Shown: one piece after another, positions 50,336-60,464 of the stretch
Position numbering within the stretch: position 1 is the first letter of the stretch
Layout of the letters: every line of letters starts with the position of its first letter
Assembly (NCBI GenBank): GCA_949292205.1
Contig: CASEYR010000001.1
Coordinates: forward strand, 155,530 to 219,529
DNA length: 64,000 bases
Direction: 5' to 3'
Source of the DNA: an uncultured Alphaproteobacteria bacterium
GTDB taxonomy: Bacteria; Pseudomonadota; Alphaproteobacteria; CAAHEQ01; UBA3637
The notes under the pieces: model-generated
Seen by the model: the letters and a program-made list of their open reading frames with translations, nothing else
What the model was told of the DNA's origin: nothing
Databases searched by the model: none
Program-made: the position numbers and the translations under genes

Positions 50336-51066
50336 TCTTCATCCTTTTGATATTCTGTACGCAACCCATCATAGATTTTTTGACCATCTCCGATCTTTAT
50401 CATCCTTTTTGCATAATCAGCAACATCATCTTCATGGGTAACTAATACAATCGTAATTCCTTGCTTGTTTAAATCCGTAAACAAATCCATAATCTCGTCC
50501 GATGTCTTACTATCCAAGTTACCGGTCGGCTCGTCAGCAAAAATAATCTTCGGATTATTTATCAAAGCTCGAGCAATAGCTACCCGTTGCTGCATACCTC
50601 CCGATATCTGTGTCGGTAATCGATCTTCATAACCATTTAATTGAACTTTATGCAGCATACGAACGGCTCGTTCATACCGCTCTGCCTCTCCAACACCTTG
50701 ATAAATCAACGGCAATGAAACGTTATCTGCTATTGTTCGTTTCATTAGCAAATTAAAGTTCTGGAAAACAAAACCGATTTCTTGTCCCCGAATATTAGCC
50801 AATTCCGCATCTGTTTTATCAGAGACAGCTTTTCCTGCTAATTTATAAACACCACTTGTCGGACGATCAAGACACCCCAAGATATTCATCAGTGTTGATT
50901 TTCCAGATCCGGAATGACCCATAATTGCAACAAACTCGCCGGGCACGACATCAAAAGAAACATGCTTTAGAACCGACTGACTCATACCCCCTGGCATAAA
51001 ATATGTCTTACATATATCTTGAACTTCTATGACCGGTTCGACCGTTTGCTTCAACTTTTCCGCCAT
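50332..51066 (-). CDS. MacB/LolD-type ABC ATPase
   Basis: [16 protein letters not shown] and ADEPTGNLD motifs. Confidence 0.93.
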   Translation of the reverse strand: MAEKLKQTVEPVIEVQDICKTYFMPGGMSQSVLKHVSFDVVPGEFVAIMGHSGSGKSTLMNILGCLDRPTSGVYKLAGKAVSDKTDAELANIRGQEIGFVFQNFNLLMKRTIADNVSLPLIYQGVGEAERYERAVRMLHKVQLNGYEDRLPTQISGGMQQRVAIARALINNPKIIFADEPTGNLDSKTSDEIMDLFTDLNKQGITIVLVTHEDDVADYAKRMIKIGDGQKIYDGLRTEYQKDEE

Positions 51067-52184
51067 TACCGCTTTTTACCTCCGGAAATGTACTCGGTAA
51101 TAACTTTATCACCCTCTTTTAAACCGCTTGCAATCTCAATCCATGATGTATCAGACAAGCCCTTCGTAAAAACTGTCGGAACAATCTGACCATCCACCAA
51201 ACGATATACCATCGCTTCATTTTGCTTTAACTCTATCTTCTCTCGCGGAATGAATTGACGCACCAAAGCATTCGGCTTATACTGTAAAACTGCTGTCGGC
51301 AAGCGAGGAACTCCGTGTCTTTCTTCAATAACTATTGTTACGAAAGCCGTCATACCGGGCAACAACTTGCGTGAAGAGTTATCTACTTCAATCACAACCG
51401 TGTACATCACAACATTAGATTCTTCTGTCGGAGACAATCTGATTTGTTGAACCGTCCCATAAAATGTGTCGGTCGGGTAAGCGTCAACCGTAAAGGAAAC
51501 AGGCATCCCTGATTTAATCATACCGATATCTGCTTCGGCAATACTCGCCTCTATCTGCATCTTAGACAAATCTTCTGCTACCGTAAACAAAGTCGGTGTT
51601 TGTAAACTAGCTGCAACAGTCTGTCCTTGCTCTATTTCCTTGGATATAACCGTTCCGGAAACTGGCGATAATATCTGAGCATATCCGTAATTTTGCTCGG
51701 CCTTATTATAATCTGCTTGAGCCGTTAAAACATCGGCATCTGCTGTTGCCAGCTCAATTTCTGCTTCCTCTAGTGAGGCTTGAGCAATCAACTTATCCTT
51801 ATATAACTTTTCAATACGAGAATGATTCAGCTTAGCTATTTTCTGTTTAGCTATAGCTAAATCCAAACGAGCCTTTGCATCATTCTTGTTCTCAATTAAA
51901 ACAGAGGTATCTAATTGTGCCAATAATTGCCCTTCTTTAACCTCATCATTATAATCAGCCAAAACACGTTCCACAATACCCGAAACCTGAGTTCCGACAG
52001 AAACCGTATTAATCGGTTGAATCTTACCGGAAGCTGTCACCTCTTGTTTAATATTTCCTTTAGCAACCGCAGTCATTTCAAAATTTTTTTCTGATAAACC
52101 ACTGTCGCCAGAGCGTGTAAAATAAAATCCCAAACCACCCAAAACAACCAAAACACCTATTGTTATCCACGTTTTTTTACCCAT
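51066..52184 (-). CDS. MacA-type periplasmic adaptor
   Basis: VGTQVSG, GQTVAASLQTPTLF and PGMTA motifs. Confidence 0.92.
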   Translation of the reverse strand: MGKKTWITIGVLVVLGGLGFYFTRSGDSGLSEKNFEMTAVAKGNIKQEVTASGKIQPINTVSVGTQVSGIVERVLADYNDEVKEGQLLAQLDTSVLIENKNDAKARLDLAIAKQKIAKLNHSRIEKLYKDKLIAQASLEEAEIELATADADVLTAQADYNKAEQNYGYAQILSPVSGTVISKEIEQGQTVAASLQTPTLFTVAEDLSKMQIEASIAEADIGMIKSGMPVSFTVDAYPTDTFYGTVQQIRLSPTEESNVVMYTVVIEVDNSSRKLLPGMTAFVTIVIEERHGVPRLPTAVLQYKPNALVRQFIPREKIELKQNEAMVYRLVDGQIVPTVFTKGLSDTSWIEIASGLKEGDKVITEYISGGKKR

Positions 52185-53521
52185 TAAAACCTCCCGATGG
52201 CTCGATATAAATTAGCCTTACTTGTTAATACAGAATAAAATGCCACGATGACCTGTTGTCTGGCCGTTGCCAATTGAGAACCTGCCGTCAATAATTCCAA
52301 AATACTCCCTCGACCGACTTGATAAGAAGCAAAGGCCACCCGTTCATTTTCCAAAGCACTTTCCAAAGTTTTACGACTGATATCATAAGAATCAACCGAT
52401 GTTACATAGTCCTGATAACTGCTCCAAACATCATTACGAACGGAGTCTTGGGTTTCAACAACAGACAGTGCAGCCTGGCGATATTGATACTTGGCTTTTG
52501 CGATGTTGTACATATCCGAAAAGCCATTAAATAACGGAATGGAAAGTGTTAAACCAACAGATGTTCCATATTGATATAAATTATGCTTTTTCCAATTATC
52601 ATTATATCCGGCTTCGGCACCAAAACTCAAAGAAGGCAGAGCCCCCGCCTTGGCAATATCTATCCCTTTTTGGGCGGCCGTCATATCACTTTGCTTACTT
52701 TTCAGCTCAGGACGAAGTGTCAGGGCGGTGGCCATCAGTTCCTGAACCGTCTGATCCGTTTCAAGCTTTGTAATATCTTTGTCCTTTGGAGGACGTGATA
52801 CAGAAAGAGGCGTATCCGGTGACAAGTTCAATAAAACAGCCAACGCTCCTTGTGCTTTTTTCAGTGTATTATCAGCCTGAACAACCGCCAGTCGAGATTG
52901 CTCATAGCTGGTTTTAGCCAATAATTTATCACTGGCCGACACCAAACCTAACTCAAACCGCTTAACCGACTCTTCATATGACTTCTTAAAAGAGGCCTCG
53001 CTGGTTTTTGAACTTTTTAAAACTTCTTGGGCACTTAATAAATCAAAATAGGCTTGATTAATAGCCAAAACCGTATCATGCAATGTCGCATTATACGTAA
53101 ATTGTGCCGAGTCCAAATAGGCTCGCATTTGCTCGGCTGTAGCGGTTCGTCCTCCAAAATCATAAATCAACCAAGACAAGGCTACATTACCCGAATAAGG
53201 ATGTCCCTTCTCCGAGTCCCCCTCCTCTTGTCTTGAGTAGTCTTGTGAAATACTTCCATTGACAGTTACATTTGGTAAATACGCTGATTTCGACTGTCCA
53301 TATGCCGCCTCTGACGCTTTAACAGACATATATCCTCGACTTAAAGTCGGATTATTACAAATCCCAATTTGAATTAAATCGGGCAAAGTCAACTCTCCCG
53401 TTTTTAAAGGAGTATCAATACAACCAGAGGGGGCTTCGGCTAAATAAACGGAAAACGGATCCATTTCCGCATGTGCAAATACAGAACTCATTAAACATAA
53501 GGCAAACAATATTTTTTTCAT
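52184..53521 (-). CDS. TolC-family outer membrane protein
   Basis: Signal peptide; two OEP repeats; LSIPLFNG. Confidence 0.9.
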   Translation of the reverse strand: MKKILFALCLMSSVFAHAEMDPFSVYLAEAPSGCIDTPLKTGELTLPDLIQIGICNNPTLSRGYMSVKASEAAYGQSKSAYLPNVTVNGSISQDYSRQEEGDSEKGHPYSGNVALSWLIYDFGGRTATAEQMRAYLDSAQFTYNATLHDTVLAINQAYFDLLSAQEVLKSSKTSEASFKKSYEESVKRFELGLVSASDKLLAKTSYEQSRLAVVQADNTLKKAQGALAVLLNLSPDTPLSVSRPPKDKDITKLETDQTVQELMATALTLRPELKSKQSDMTAAQKGIDIAKAGALPSLSFGAEAGYNDNWKKHNLYQYGTSVGLTLSIPLFNGFSDMYNIAKAKYQYRQAALSVVETQDSVRNDVWSSYQDYVTSVDSYDISRKTLESALENERVAFASYQVGRGSILELLTAGSQLATARQQVIVAFYSVLTSKANLYRAIGRF

Positions 53522-53726
53522 AGTAACACCCCGACATATTAATACCTCTTATCATAATTCAAAAAATAGAGAAGTTCAATCCATTTTACAATCGGAAAAC
53601 AAAAAAATAAAAATGTTATTGATTTTTTAAAAATTTTTCACACAAGAAAAAAAGAGAAAAAAAATATAAAAAAACATTGTATTCAATTCAGGAATTGGGT
53701 ATAAATAGCTTATAAGGAGAAAATAA

Positions 53727-54167
53727 ATGCAACAAAGTTTAAATCACAATATTCAACAGCTAACAGCTTTACTGAAAAATGCCGAAAATAAAAAACTGCT
53801 ATGGGAAGAAATGCAAATTATCTCTAAAAAAGCGTTTGAATTACAGGATGCTATTATGGCGGATTTAGATGAAATTGAAGCCTCTGAAACAGATATTACA
53901 AAAATTCAGGCTGCTTTTGCTGCTAGAGAAAGCATCTGGGATATGATGAAGCAAATTACCGATCGAGAATTAGCTTTAAGGGAAAAGACGCACCACAAAG
54001 AAACGCCTGAGGAACGTGAAAAAAGACATCAAGAAATTTTGTCTGAATCCGAAGAGCATCACTGCTGTTGCGGACACCATCATACAGAACATGAAAAGTG
54101 TGATTGCCATAATCAGGATAAAACTCAATGTTGTCAAAAAGGGAAAAAGACATGTCACAAGAAGTAA
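53727..54167 (+). CDS. Hypothetical helical protein with a His/Cys-rich tail
   Basis: Preceded by AAGGAG; HHCCCGHHHTEHEKCDCH...CC...CH. Confidence 0.7.
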   Translation: MQQSLNHNIQQLTALLKNAENKKLLWEEMQIISKKAFELQDAIMADLDEIEASETDITKIQAAFAARESIWDMMKQITDRELALREKTHHKETPEEREKRHQEILSESEEHHCCCGHHHTEHEKCDCHNQDKTQCCQKGKKTCHKK

Positions 54168-54400
54168 ACTCTCTATCATTTGAAGAAGCTATGACAGAGT
54201 TAGAGTCTGTCGTTCGCCAACTGGAAAGTGGAAAAATTAAGTTGGAAGAGGCTGTATCCGTTTATGAGCGTGGCGTCCTGTTGAAAAAACATTGTGAAGA
54301 AAAACTAAAACAAGCAAAATCAAAAATTGACAAGTTGATCATTGGCGAAAACAATACAATTATCGGGCGGGAGGATTTTGATGAGCAAATTGGAGACTAA
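54152..54400 (+). CDS. xseB: Exodeoxyribonuclease VII small subunit
   Basis: SFEEAMxELExxVxxLESG..LEEA..YERG. Confidence 0.93.
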   Translation: MSQEVNSLSFEEAMTELESVVRQLESGKIKLEEAVSVYERGVLLKKHCEEKLKQAKSKIDKLIIGENNTIIGREDFDEQIGD

Positions 54401-55268
54401 GCTTGCCGAAACACGTCAAGTTATGAATGAGTTGTTAGATAGCCTGTTGCCATTGCCGAATGGTCGCGAAAAAAGAGTTGTGGAAGCAATGCGTTATTCT
54501 GCCATCAGCACAGGTAAAGCATTAAGACCTTTTTTAACTCTGACTGTTGGTGAAATGCTGGGGACTTCAACACAAACCGCTTTAAGAATCGGTGCTGCCA
54601 TTGAATTATTGCATACTTATTCACTTATCCATGATGATTTGCCGGCCATGGATAATGATACGCTCCGTCGGGGAAGACCAACAAATCATATCCAGTTTGA
54701 CGAAGCAACGGCTATTCTAGCCGGAGATGCCCTTCAATCTTTGGCTTTTGAGGTTTTAGCCTCCCCTGAAACACATCCAGATGCAACCGTAAGAACTCGT
54801 CTGGTATCAGAATTGGCTCGCTCGGCAGGCATGAATGGTATGGTTGGTGGACAAATGCTGGATCTTATCGGAGAAACAACCGTTTTAGATCTGTCCGAAA
54901 TTGAACGGATGCAGGCTTTAAAAACCGGCGCCTTATTGTGGTTTGCGTGTATGGCACCGGCTTTAACCGTTCAAACCTCATCGGAAGAGAGAGAGGCTTT
55001 GGCTCAATATTCAAGAGCTATCGGATTACTGTTCCAAATTACGGATGATATTCTGGACGTTGAAGGTGATACTACCGCTATGGGAAAAACTCTGGGAAAA
55101 GACTCAGAGGCGCATAAATCAACTTTTGTTTCCATTTTAGGGCTGAATAAAGCTAAGTCCTTAGCGCGTAGCTTAACAGAACGAGGACTAGCAGCCATAT
55201 CCATTTTTGGAAAACGAGCAGATATGTTAGCTGAAACACTTACTTTTATCTTGGAGAGGAAACGTTAA
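54381..55268 (+). CDS. ispA: Farnesyl diphosphate synthase
   Basis: SLIHDDLPAMD, RRG, GGQMLD and FQITDDILD motifs. Confidence 0.93.
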   Translation: MSKLETKLAETRQVMNELLDSLLPLPNGREKRVVEAMRYSAISTGKALRPFLTLTVGEMLGTSTQTALRIGAAIELLHTYSLIHDDLPAMDNDTLRRGRPTNHIQFDEATAILAGDALQSLAFEVLASPETHPDATVRTRLVSELARSAGMNGMVGGQMLDLIGETTVLDLSEIERMQALKTGALLWFACMAPALTVQTSSEEREALAQYSRAIGLLFQITDDILDVEGDTTAMGKTLGKDSEAHKSTFVSILGLNKAKSLARSLTERGLAAISIFGKRADMLAETLTFILERKR

Positions 55269-55269
55269 A

Positions 55270-55926
55270 ATGCCAAAAATGATGACACCCTCTCAACGAA
55301 ATGATTTTTGGGAAGCCCTAAATAAGGCTTACCCGAATCCCAGATGTGAATTAAACTGGACAAATCATTTTTCCTTGTTGATGGCTATTATTTTATCAGC
55401 TCAAAGCACAGATAAAAATGTCAACAATGTCACAGCAAAACTCTTTCCGGTCGCTGATACACCCCAAAAAGTTGTTGAGCTTGGTGAAGACGGAATGAAA
55501 GTATACACCCGATCCATCAACTATTTTAATAACAAAACAAAACATATTATTCAGTTGGCTCATATTTTACTAGAGCAATATCAGGGACAAGTACCGACAG
55601 ATTTTGAAACACTGATTACTTTACCCGGTGTGGGACGAAAAACAGCCAATGTGTTCTTAAATATTGCTTTTCATGCCCCTTATATCGGTGTAGATACTCA
55701 TGTTTTTCGTACATGTCACCGCTTAAAAATATGCTCTGGAAAAACACCGGCAGAGGTAGAGGAAAAGCTTCAAAAAATCGTTCCGACATGGTATAAACCG
55801 GATGTCGCTTTGGCTTTGGTTCTACATGGTAGATATGTTTGTACGGCCAGAAATCCCAAATGTTATGAATGTCCTTTGTATGATGTCTGTTATGCTGAGG
55901 AAAAAAAGGGAAAAATAAATAAATGA
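55270..55926 (+). CDS. nth: Endonuclease III
   Basis: LSAQSTD, LPGVGRKTA, VDTHV and an Fe-S motif. Confidence 0.95.
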   Translation: MPKMMTPSQRNDFWEALNKAYPNPRCELNWTNHFSLLMAIILSAQSTDKNVNNVTAKLFPVADTPQKVVELGEDGMKVYTRSINYFNNKTKHIIQLAHILLEQYQGQVPTDFETLITLPGVGRKTANVFLNIAFHAPYIGVDTHVFRTCHRLKICSGKTPAEVEEKLQKIVPTWYKPDVALALVLHGRYVCTARNPKCYECPLYDVCYAEEKKGKINK

Positions 55927-57491
55927 AACTAGGTCAAATTATAATATATGCCTTGTTGGCTATCATGAGCTCTAATATCGTTCTAGCTCAGGTTATGACT
56001 CCCAATGTACTTTTTAATCCGAATAATCCAAAAATTGTGGGAAAAACAACAAATATTACTTATCAAGGAACACCTGCTGTTTTAATTGAGCCGTCTCAAA
56101 AAAAAATACCCCCCACACACAATCCTGCAGAATCAATCCCTCCCCCGCAATTAACACCAAAGAATATCAACATCCCTATCAGGACACCCTTCGGTCATGA
56201 CAGAACGGCGGCTTTTATTGATCATGCAACGGATTTTTCTTTTTTAATTCAAATACTTGATAACAAAAAAATACAAATTGAAGAACAAATCCAATTTGTC
56301 AGCACAAAAGAAGGACGGATTTTTTCTCGCACTTTTCCAAAAAAAATAACCCATCCCGACGGAGATACGGTTTCCCGAGAAACTAAAATAACAAAAGCGC
56401 TGATAAATAATGTTCCTATTTCGCTAACCCAAAATGAAACAGCGGAGTTATTAACTGTTACATATGAAAAACCGCTTCCTATCGGAATTCACAGATTTAT
56501 ATTGTCCTATGTGATTGAAACAAAAACAAAACAAAATCAATCTATTTCAGACATTTTAATCGATTTAACCGGAACGGAATGGCCATTAGCAATTGAACGT
56601 TTTTCAGCTCTGGTCTTATTTCCCCAAAAAACAACCATATATCAAAAAGAGTTATTATTCGGAATTAACAATGTTTCTATTCCAGACAATGTGTTAGTTC
56701 AGGTAGATGATACCGGAAGTATTTTATATCAACTAACTCGTCCTTTACCGGCATTTGCCGATGTTCGTCTTCATATTTTAACAGATTCAAAATCACTGCC
56801 TCAAGCCAAGCTATCTTTTAAAGATTTATCATCCGCCTATGTTATCTGTGTGATTTTTAGCATTGTATTATTGCTGTATACTTTTGCTTCAATCTTTGTA
56901 TGCAAATATAAAAAATGGCAAAAACCGCTGACTAAAGCAAAAAGTATATCGCCTTTTCTATGGAAGATCGGTGCAGGATACTCGCTACCAGAACAAGATA
57001 TTATTGAAATTAAGCATATCTTAAATCAACTCAATAAAAAATCTTGGTTCATTAAGTGTGCAGAAAAAGCTTTTCAGCACGTATTATCAAAACATATCTT
57101 TCTAATCCTTTTAAAAGGAGCTGCTTTTATTCGATTTAACATTGAGTATATTATCGGTATTTTACTCCTTATCTGGGCGACAAAGTGGATTGCCGAGTAT
57201 CAAGATATCAGTCTATCCAATCATCTGATAGCGTATTTTGGACTAATCGGTTTTCTATCTGTCGGCCTGATTCACTATTTTGGGACACGTATTGAATTGA
57301 ACAGATTTAAAACTGTGTTGCAAGAAACTTTATTAAATACGCCCCAGGGATTAAATCTTTCGGTTAAAGCTATCCCAACCTATTATATACTTAGTTTATG
57401 CTTGGGATTTGGTCATGAATGGCGAGATAGGTTAATCCAGAATAATCCCAACTATATTCAACTAACTTTTTTACGAAAGGAAACAAAATGA
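55923..57491 (+). CDS. Membrane protein, DUF2207-like
   Basis: Signal peptide, TGTEWPLAIE and C-terminal TM helices. Confidence 0.55.
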   Translation: MKLGQIIIYALLAIMSSNIVLAQVMTPNVLFNPNNPKIVGKTTNITYQGTPAVLIEPSQKKIPPTHNPAESIPPPQLTPKNINIPIRTPFGHDRTAAFIDHATDFSFLIQILDNKKIQIEEQIQFVSTKEGRIFSRTFPKKITHPDGDTVSRETKITKALINNVPISLTQNETAELLTVTYEKPLPIGIHRFILSYVIETKTKQNQSISDILIDLTGTEWPLAIERFSALVLFPQKTTIYQKELLFGINNVSIPDNVLVQVDDTGSILYQLTRPLPAFADVRLHILTDSKSLPQAKLSFKDLSSAYVICVIFSIVLLLYTFASIFVCKYKKWQKPLTKAKSISPFLWKIGAGYSLPEQDIIEIKHILNQLNKKSWFIKCAEKAFQHVLSKHIFLILLKGAAFIRFNIEYIIGILLLIWATKWIAEYQDISLSNHLIAYFGLIGFLSVGLIHYFGTRIELNRFKTVLQETLLNTPQGLNLSVKAIPTYYILSLCLGFGHEWRDRLIQNNPNYIQLTFLRKETK

Positions 57492-58930
57492 GAGCGCATA
57501 TTATTTATACTTTATTGGCAACGTCCTTGTTATCTGTCCCGACTTTCGCTCAAGAAGAAACTATCGGTGTTCAAAAACAAACAAATTTGGACATTGTTAT
57601 CTATAATAATGATCGTGCTCTGGTTAAGGATACTCGTCTTGTCCCGATAAAACAGCAGATTAATAACATTGCCTTTTCTAACATTTCCGGACAAATTATT
57701 CCATCCAGTGTCTTGTTGACCGGAGCCGGCATCAAATTTTTAGAAAATAATTTCAACTACGATGTCTTGTCCTATGAATCTTTACTGCAAAAATCCATAG
57801 GAGAAACCGTAACATTGGAATATATGAACCCTAAAACAGGAAAAGCAGAAACAAGTGAAGCTGAGCTATTAGCCATTAACGGAACGAGTCCGATTTTAAA
57901 AATAAATGGAAAAATAGACAGTTCTTATCCGGGAAGAATCTTATTTAATCAAATCCCCGAAAATTTAAGAGTAAAACCAACTTTGGTTATGACAATTTCA
58001 TCGGATAAAACAGCTCAACAAAATCTAACTCTTAGCTATCTAACACGCGGTCTATCCTGGGATGCTAACTATGTGGCTCAAATGAGTCCTGATAACCAAA
58101 CCATGACATTAACCGGTTGGGTTTCCTTGACAAATAACTCGGGAACCGATTATAAAAACGCTAATCTTCAAGTCGTTGCAGGAGATGTCAACTTGGTTCC
58201 GGACTATATTGCTCGTCCCAGAATGATGATGAAGGCTAATATGGCTATGGATAGCGTTGTTATGGAAAGTGCTGCCGGAATGGCTCAAGAGAATATCGCC
58301 GACTACCATCTGTATACACTGCCACGCAAAACGGATATTTTATCGAACCAAACAAAGCAAGTTTCTTTGCTTTCTGCCGATAGTGTAAGTATTCAAAAAA
58401 CATATACTTTCGACAATCAACTACAACCATATAGTGAAGTAAAACAGGTAAAACCCCAAATTCAAATTAGTTTTATAAATACAAAACAAAATAATCTGGG
58501 GATTCCTTTACCTAGAGGTGTTATTCGTATGTATCAATCCGATAAACAAGGACAAATGATTTTCATCGGAGAAGATCGAATCAATCATACAGGAAACCTT
58601 GAAAAAGTCCGCCTGAATATGGGAACGGCTTTTGATATTTCGGCTGATGCAAAACAAATCAAGAAAAATCAAATCGCAGACAACATCACGGAAAAAACGT
58701 TTGAAATTACTTTGAAAAACGGAACAAATTCAAATGTTACCGTTGATATTATTGAAAATTTCAGAGGTGTTTGGAAAATCCTATCGGAAACGCAAAAATC
58801 ATCTAAGCCAACAGCTCATCAGGCAAAATGGACTATTTCTATTCCAAGCGAGAAAGAGGTCAAGTTGACTTATACGGTTCAGGAAAAACTACCAATGCCA
58901 AAAACAAGACCTATTGGAGTTAGTCGCTAA
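57488..58930 (+). CDS. DUF4139-family secreted protein
   Basis: IYNNDRALVKD, LSYLTRGLSW and LGIPLPRG motifs. Confidence 0.8.
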   Translation: MRAHIIYTLLATSLLSVPTFAQEETIGVQKQTNLDIVIYNNDRALVKDTRLVPIKQQINNIAFSNISGQIIPSSVLLTGAGIKFLENNFNYDVLSYESLLQKSIGETVTLEYMNPKTGKAETSEAELLAINGTSPILKINGKIDSSYPGRILFNQIPENLRVKPTLVMTISSDKTAQQNLTLSYLTRGLSWDANYVAQMSPDNQTMTLTGWVSLTNNSGTDYKNANLQVVAGDVNLVPDYIARPRMMMKANMAMDSVVMESAAGMAQENIADYHLYTLPRKTDILSNQTKQVSLLSADSVSIQKTYTFDNQLQPYSEVKQVKPQIQISFINTKQNNLGIPLPRGVIRMYQSDKQGQMIFIGEDRINHTGNLEKVRLNMGTAFDISADAKQIKKNQIADNITEKTFEITLKNGTNSNVTVDIIENFRGVWKILSETQKSSKPTAHQAKWTISIPSEKEVKLTYTVQEKLPMPKTRPIGVSR

Positions 58931-60030
58931 TGCCGAAGTCAATTCTTTATTTATTTATTACAGGAGTTGGATTGCTGATAAACCAATCTGCAACTGCGAA
59001 AGAATCTGCGGTCCAAGCTTTAATTCAACATATTATCAATAATCAACCGATTTCGGCTGATTTATTGGTTAAAGCAACAAATGAAAAGGAGCAACCGGAA
59101 AAAAAAATTGATGCTTTTTTGGCTTCTTTACTCAAAATACCTTTTCAACAACGACAATATGTTTTTCCGGCTATTTTTGAATCTCCATTTATTCCGAAAA
59201 AGGTTAGGACTCATCCGGAAGTAGTAATTTGGAAAGGTGCCGTTCCAACAAATATCGCCCCACAACTTTCTGATTTTTCAAAAAAATATCTATATGACTT
59301 AAATCCTCGTCTATATATTTTATTATCGCCGGATGCATATAAAATACCCGATCAAGAAAATAATTTAAACAATCTTAAATTATCCGAAAAAGTCAAAAAA
59401 CTAGAACCTTCTGAAATTGGATCATTTAATGGATACAAACCTATTGAAACGTATTTTAAACTACCTAAAGCAATACTTAAAAATCCACAAAAAGGAGAGT
59501 TATCATCAGAATCAATAAGACAACTAGCAAATGGGTTTCAAACACTTAATCTCTTTTTGACAACAAGAGCCGACGCCAAACAATTTCAAAGATCGTTAAG
59601 CTTGTTGGAAACTTTTTACTCTGACCCTGAACAAAACCGAATCAATCCGATACAATCTTTAGTTGACAGAATACGACTATTAAAACAGGGCGATGAGTTG
59701 GAAGCTTTATTTGCAAAATCTTCTTGGAAAAATGCCGATGAATTCGCCAAAACGGCAGATACTGTAGCTAAAGCCTACCGCGTTCATTTTTTGAGTCTGC
59801 CTATGGCTTTTGCCTTTCAAAAAATAAAAGGGAAACAAGAACCTATGAGCTATGCGGAACGTGTTCTTTTGACAACGGCACTGATGCATGAGGCTCTTCC
59901 CGCCGATGTTCGCTTGACAGAAAAATATTTAAGTGACATTTATAACACTTTTTCTCAAGCTGGATATGGATCTGTCTTAATGCCGGTTTCAGTTGACTTG
60001 GAATCAGAAATGACGTATATTAACCAGTAG
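58930..60030 (+). CDS. Hypothetical secreted protein
   Basis: Translationally coupled ORF with a signal peptide. Confidence 0.65.
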   Translation: MPKSILYLFITGVGLLINQSATAKESAVQALIQHIINNQPISADLLVKATNEKEQPEKKIDAFLASLLKIPFQQRQYVFPAIFESPFIPKKVRTHPEVVIWKGAVPTNIAPQLSDFSKKYLYDLNPRLYILLSPDAYKIPDQENNLNNLKLSEKVKKLEPSEIGSFNGYKPIETYFKLPKAILKNPQKGELSSESIRQLANGFQTLNLFLTTRADAKQFQRSLSLLETFYSDPEQNRINPIQSLVDRIRLLKQGDELEALFAKSSWKNADEFAKTADTVAKAYRVHFLSLPMAFAFQKIKGKQEPMSYAERVLLTTALMHEALPADVRLTEKYLSDIYNTFSQAGYGSVLMPVSVDLESEMTYINQ

Positions 60031-60050
60031 GATATAAAAGGAGTGATTAT

Positions 60051-60464
60051 ATGGCTTGGACCGAAGATAAAATCAAACAATTAAAAAAATTATGGGCTAA
60101 AGGCCGAAGTACTATAGAAATAGCAAAGGAATTAGGAATATCAAAAAACTCCGTTGTTGGAAAAGTACACCGTCTGGATTTAACTAATCGTCCCTCACCT
60201 ATAAAAAAGAAAACGGATAAATCACCTGTCATTAGGCATGCTCCGAAAGGGAAATGCACTTTGATGGATCTAAAATTGAATACATGTCATTGGCCTATAG
60301 GAGATCCGACAGACGCAGGCTTTCATTTTTGTGGAGAGCAAACCGTAACAGGCAAACCATATTGCTCGGAACATTGTAAAATTGCCTATACATCACTAAA
60401 GGAATTAACTGATCAAAATACAAAAAGTGCCGACTTAATCGCCGGTAATAATAATCAGGATTAA
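60051..60464 (+). CDS. gcrA: GcrA cell-cycle regulator
   Basis: WTEDKIxxLKKLW, VVGKVHRL and CHWPIGDP...FCG...PYC..H. Confidence 0.93.
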   Translation: MAWTEDKIKQLKKLWAKGRSTIEIAKELGISKNSVVGKVHRLDLTNRPSPIKKKTDKSPVIRHAPKGKCTLMDLKLNTCHWPIGDPTDAGFHFCGEQTVTGKPYCSEHCKIAYTSLKELTDQNTKSADLIAGNNNQD

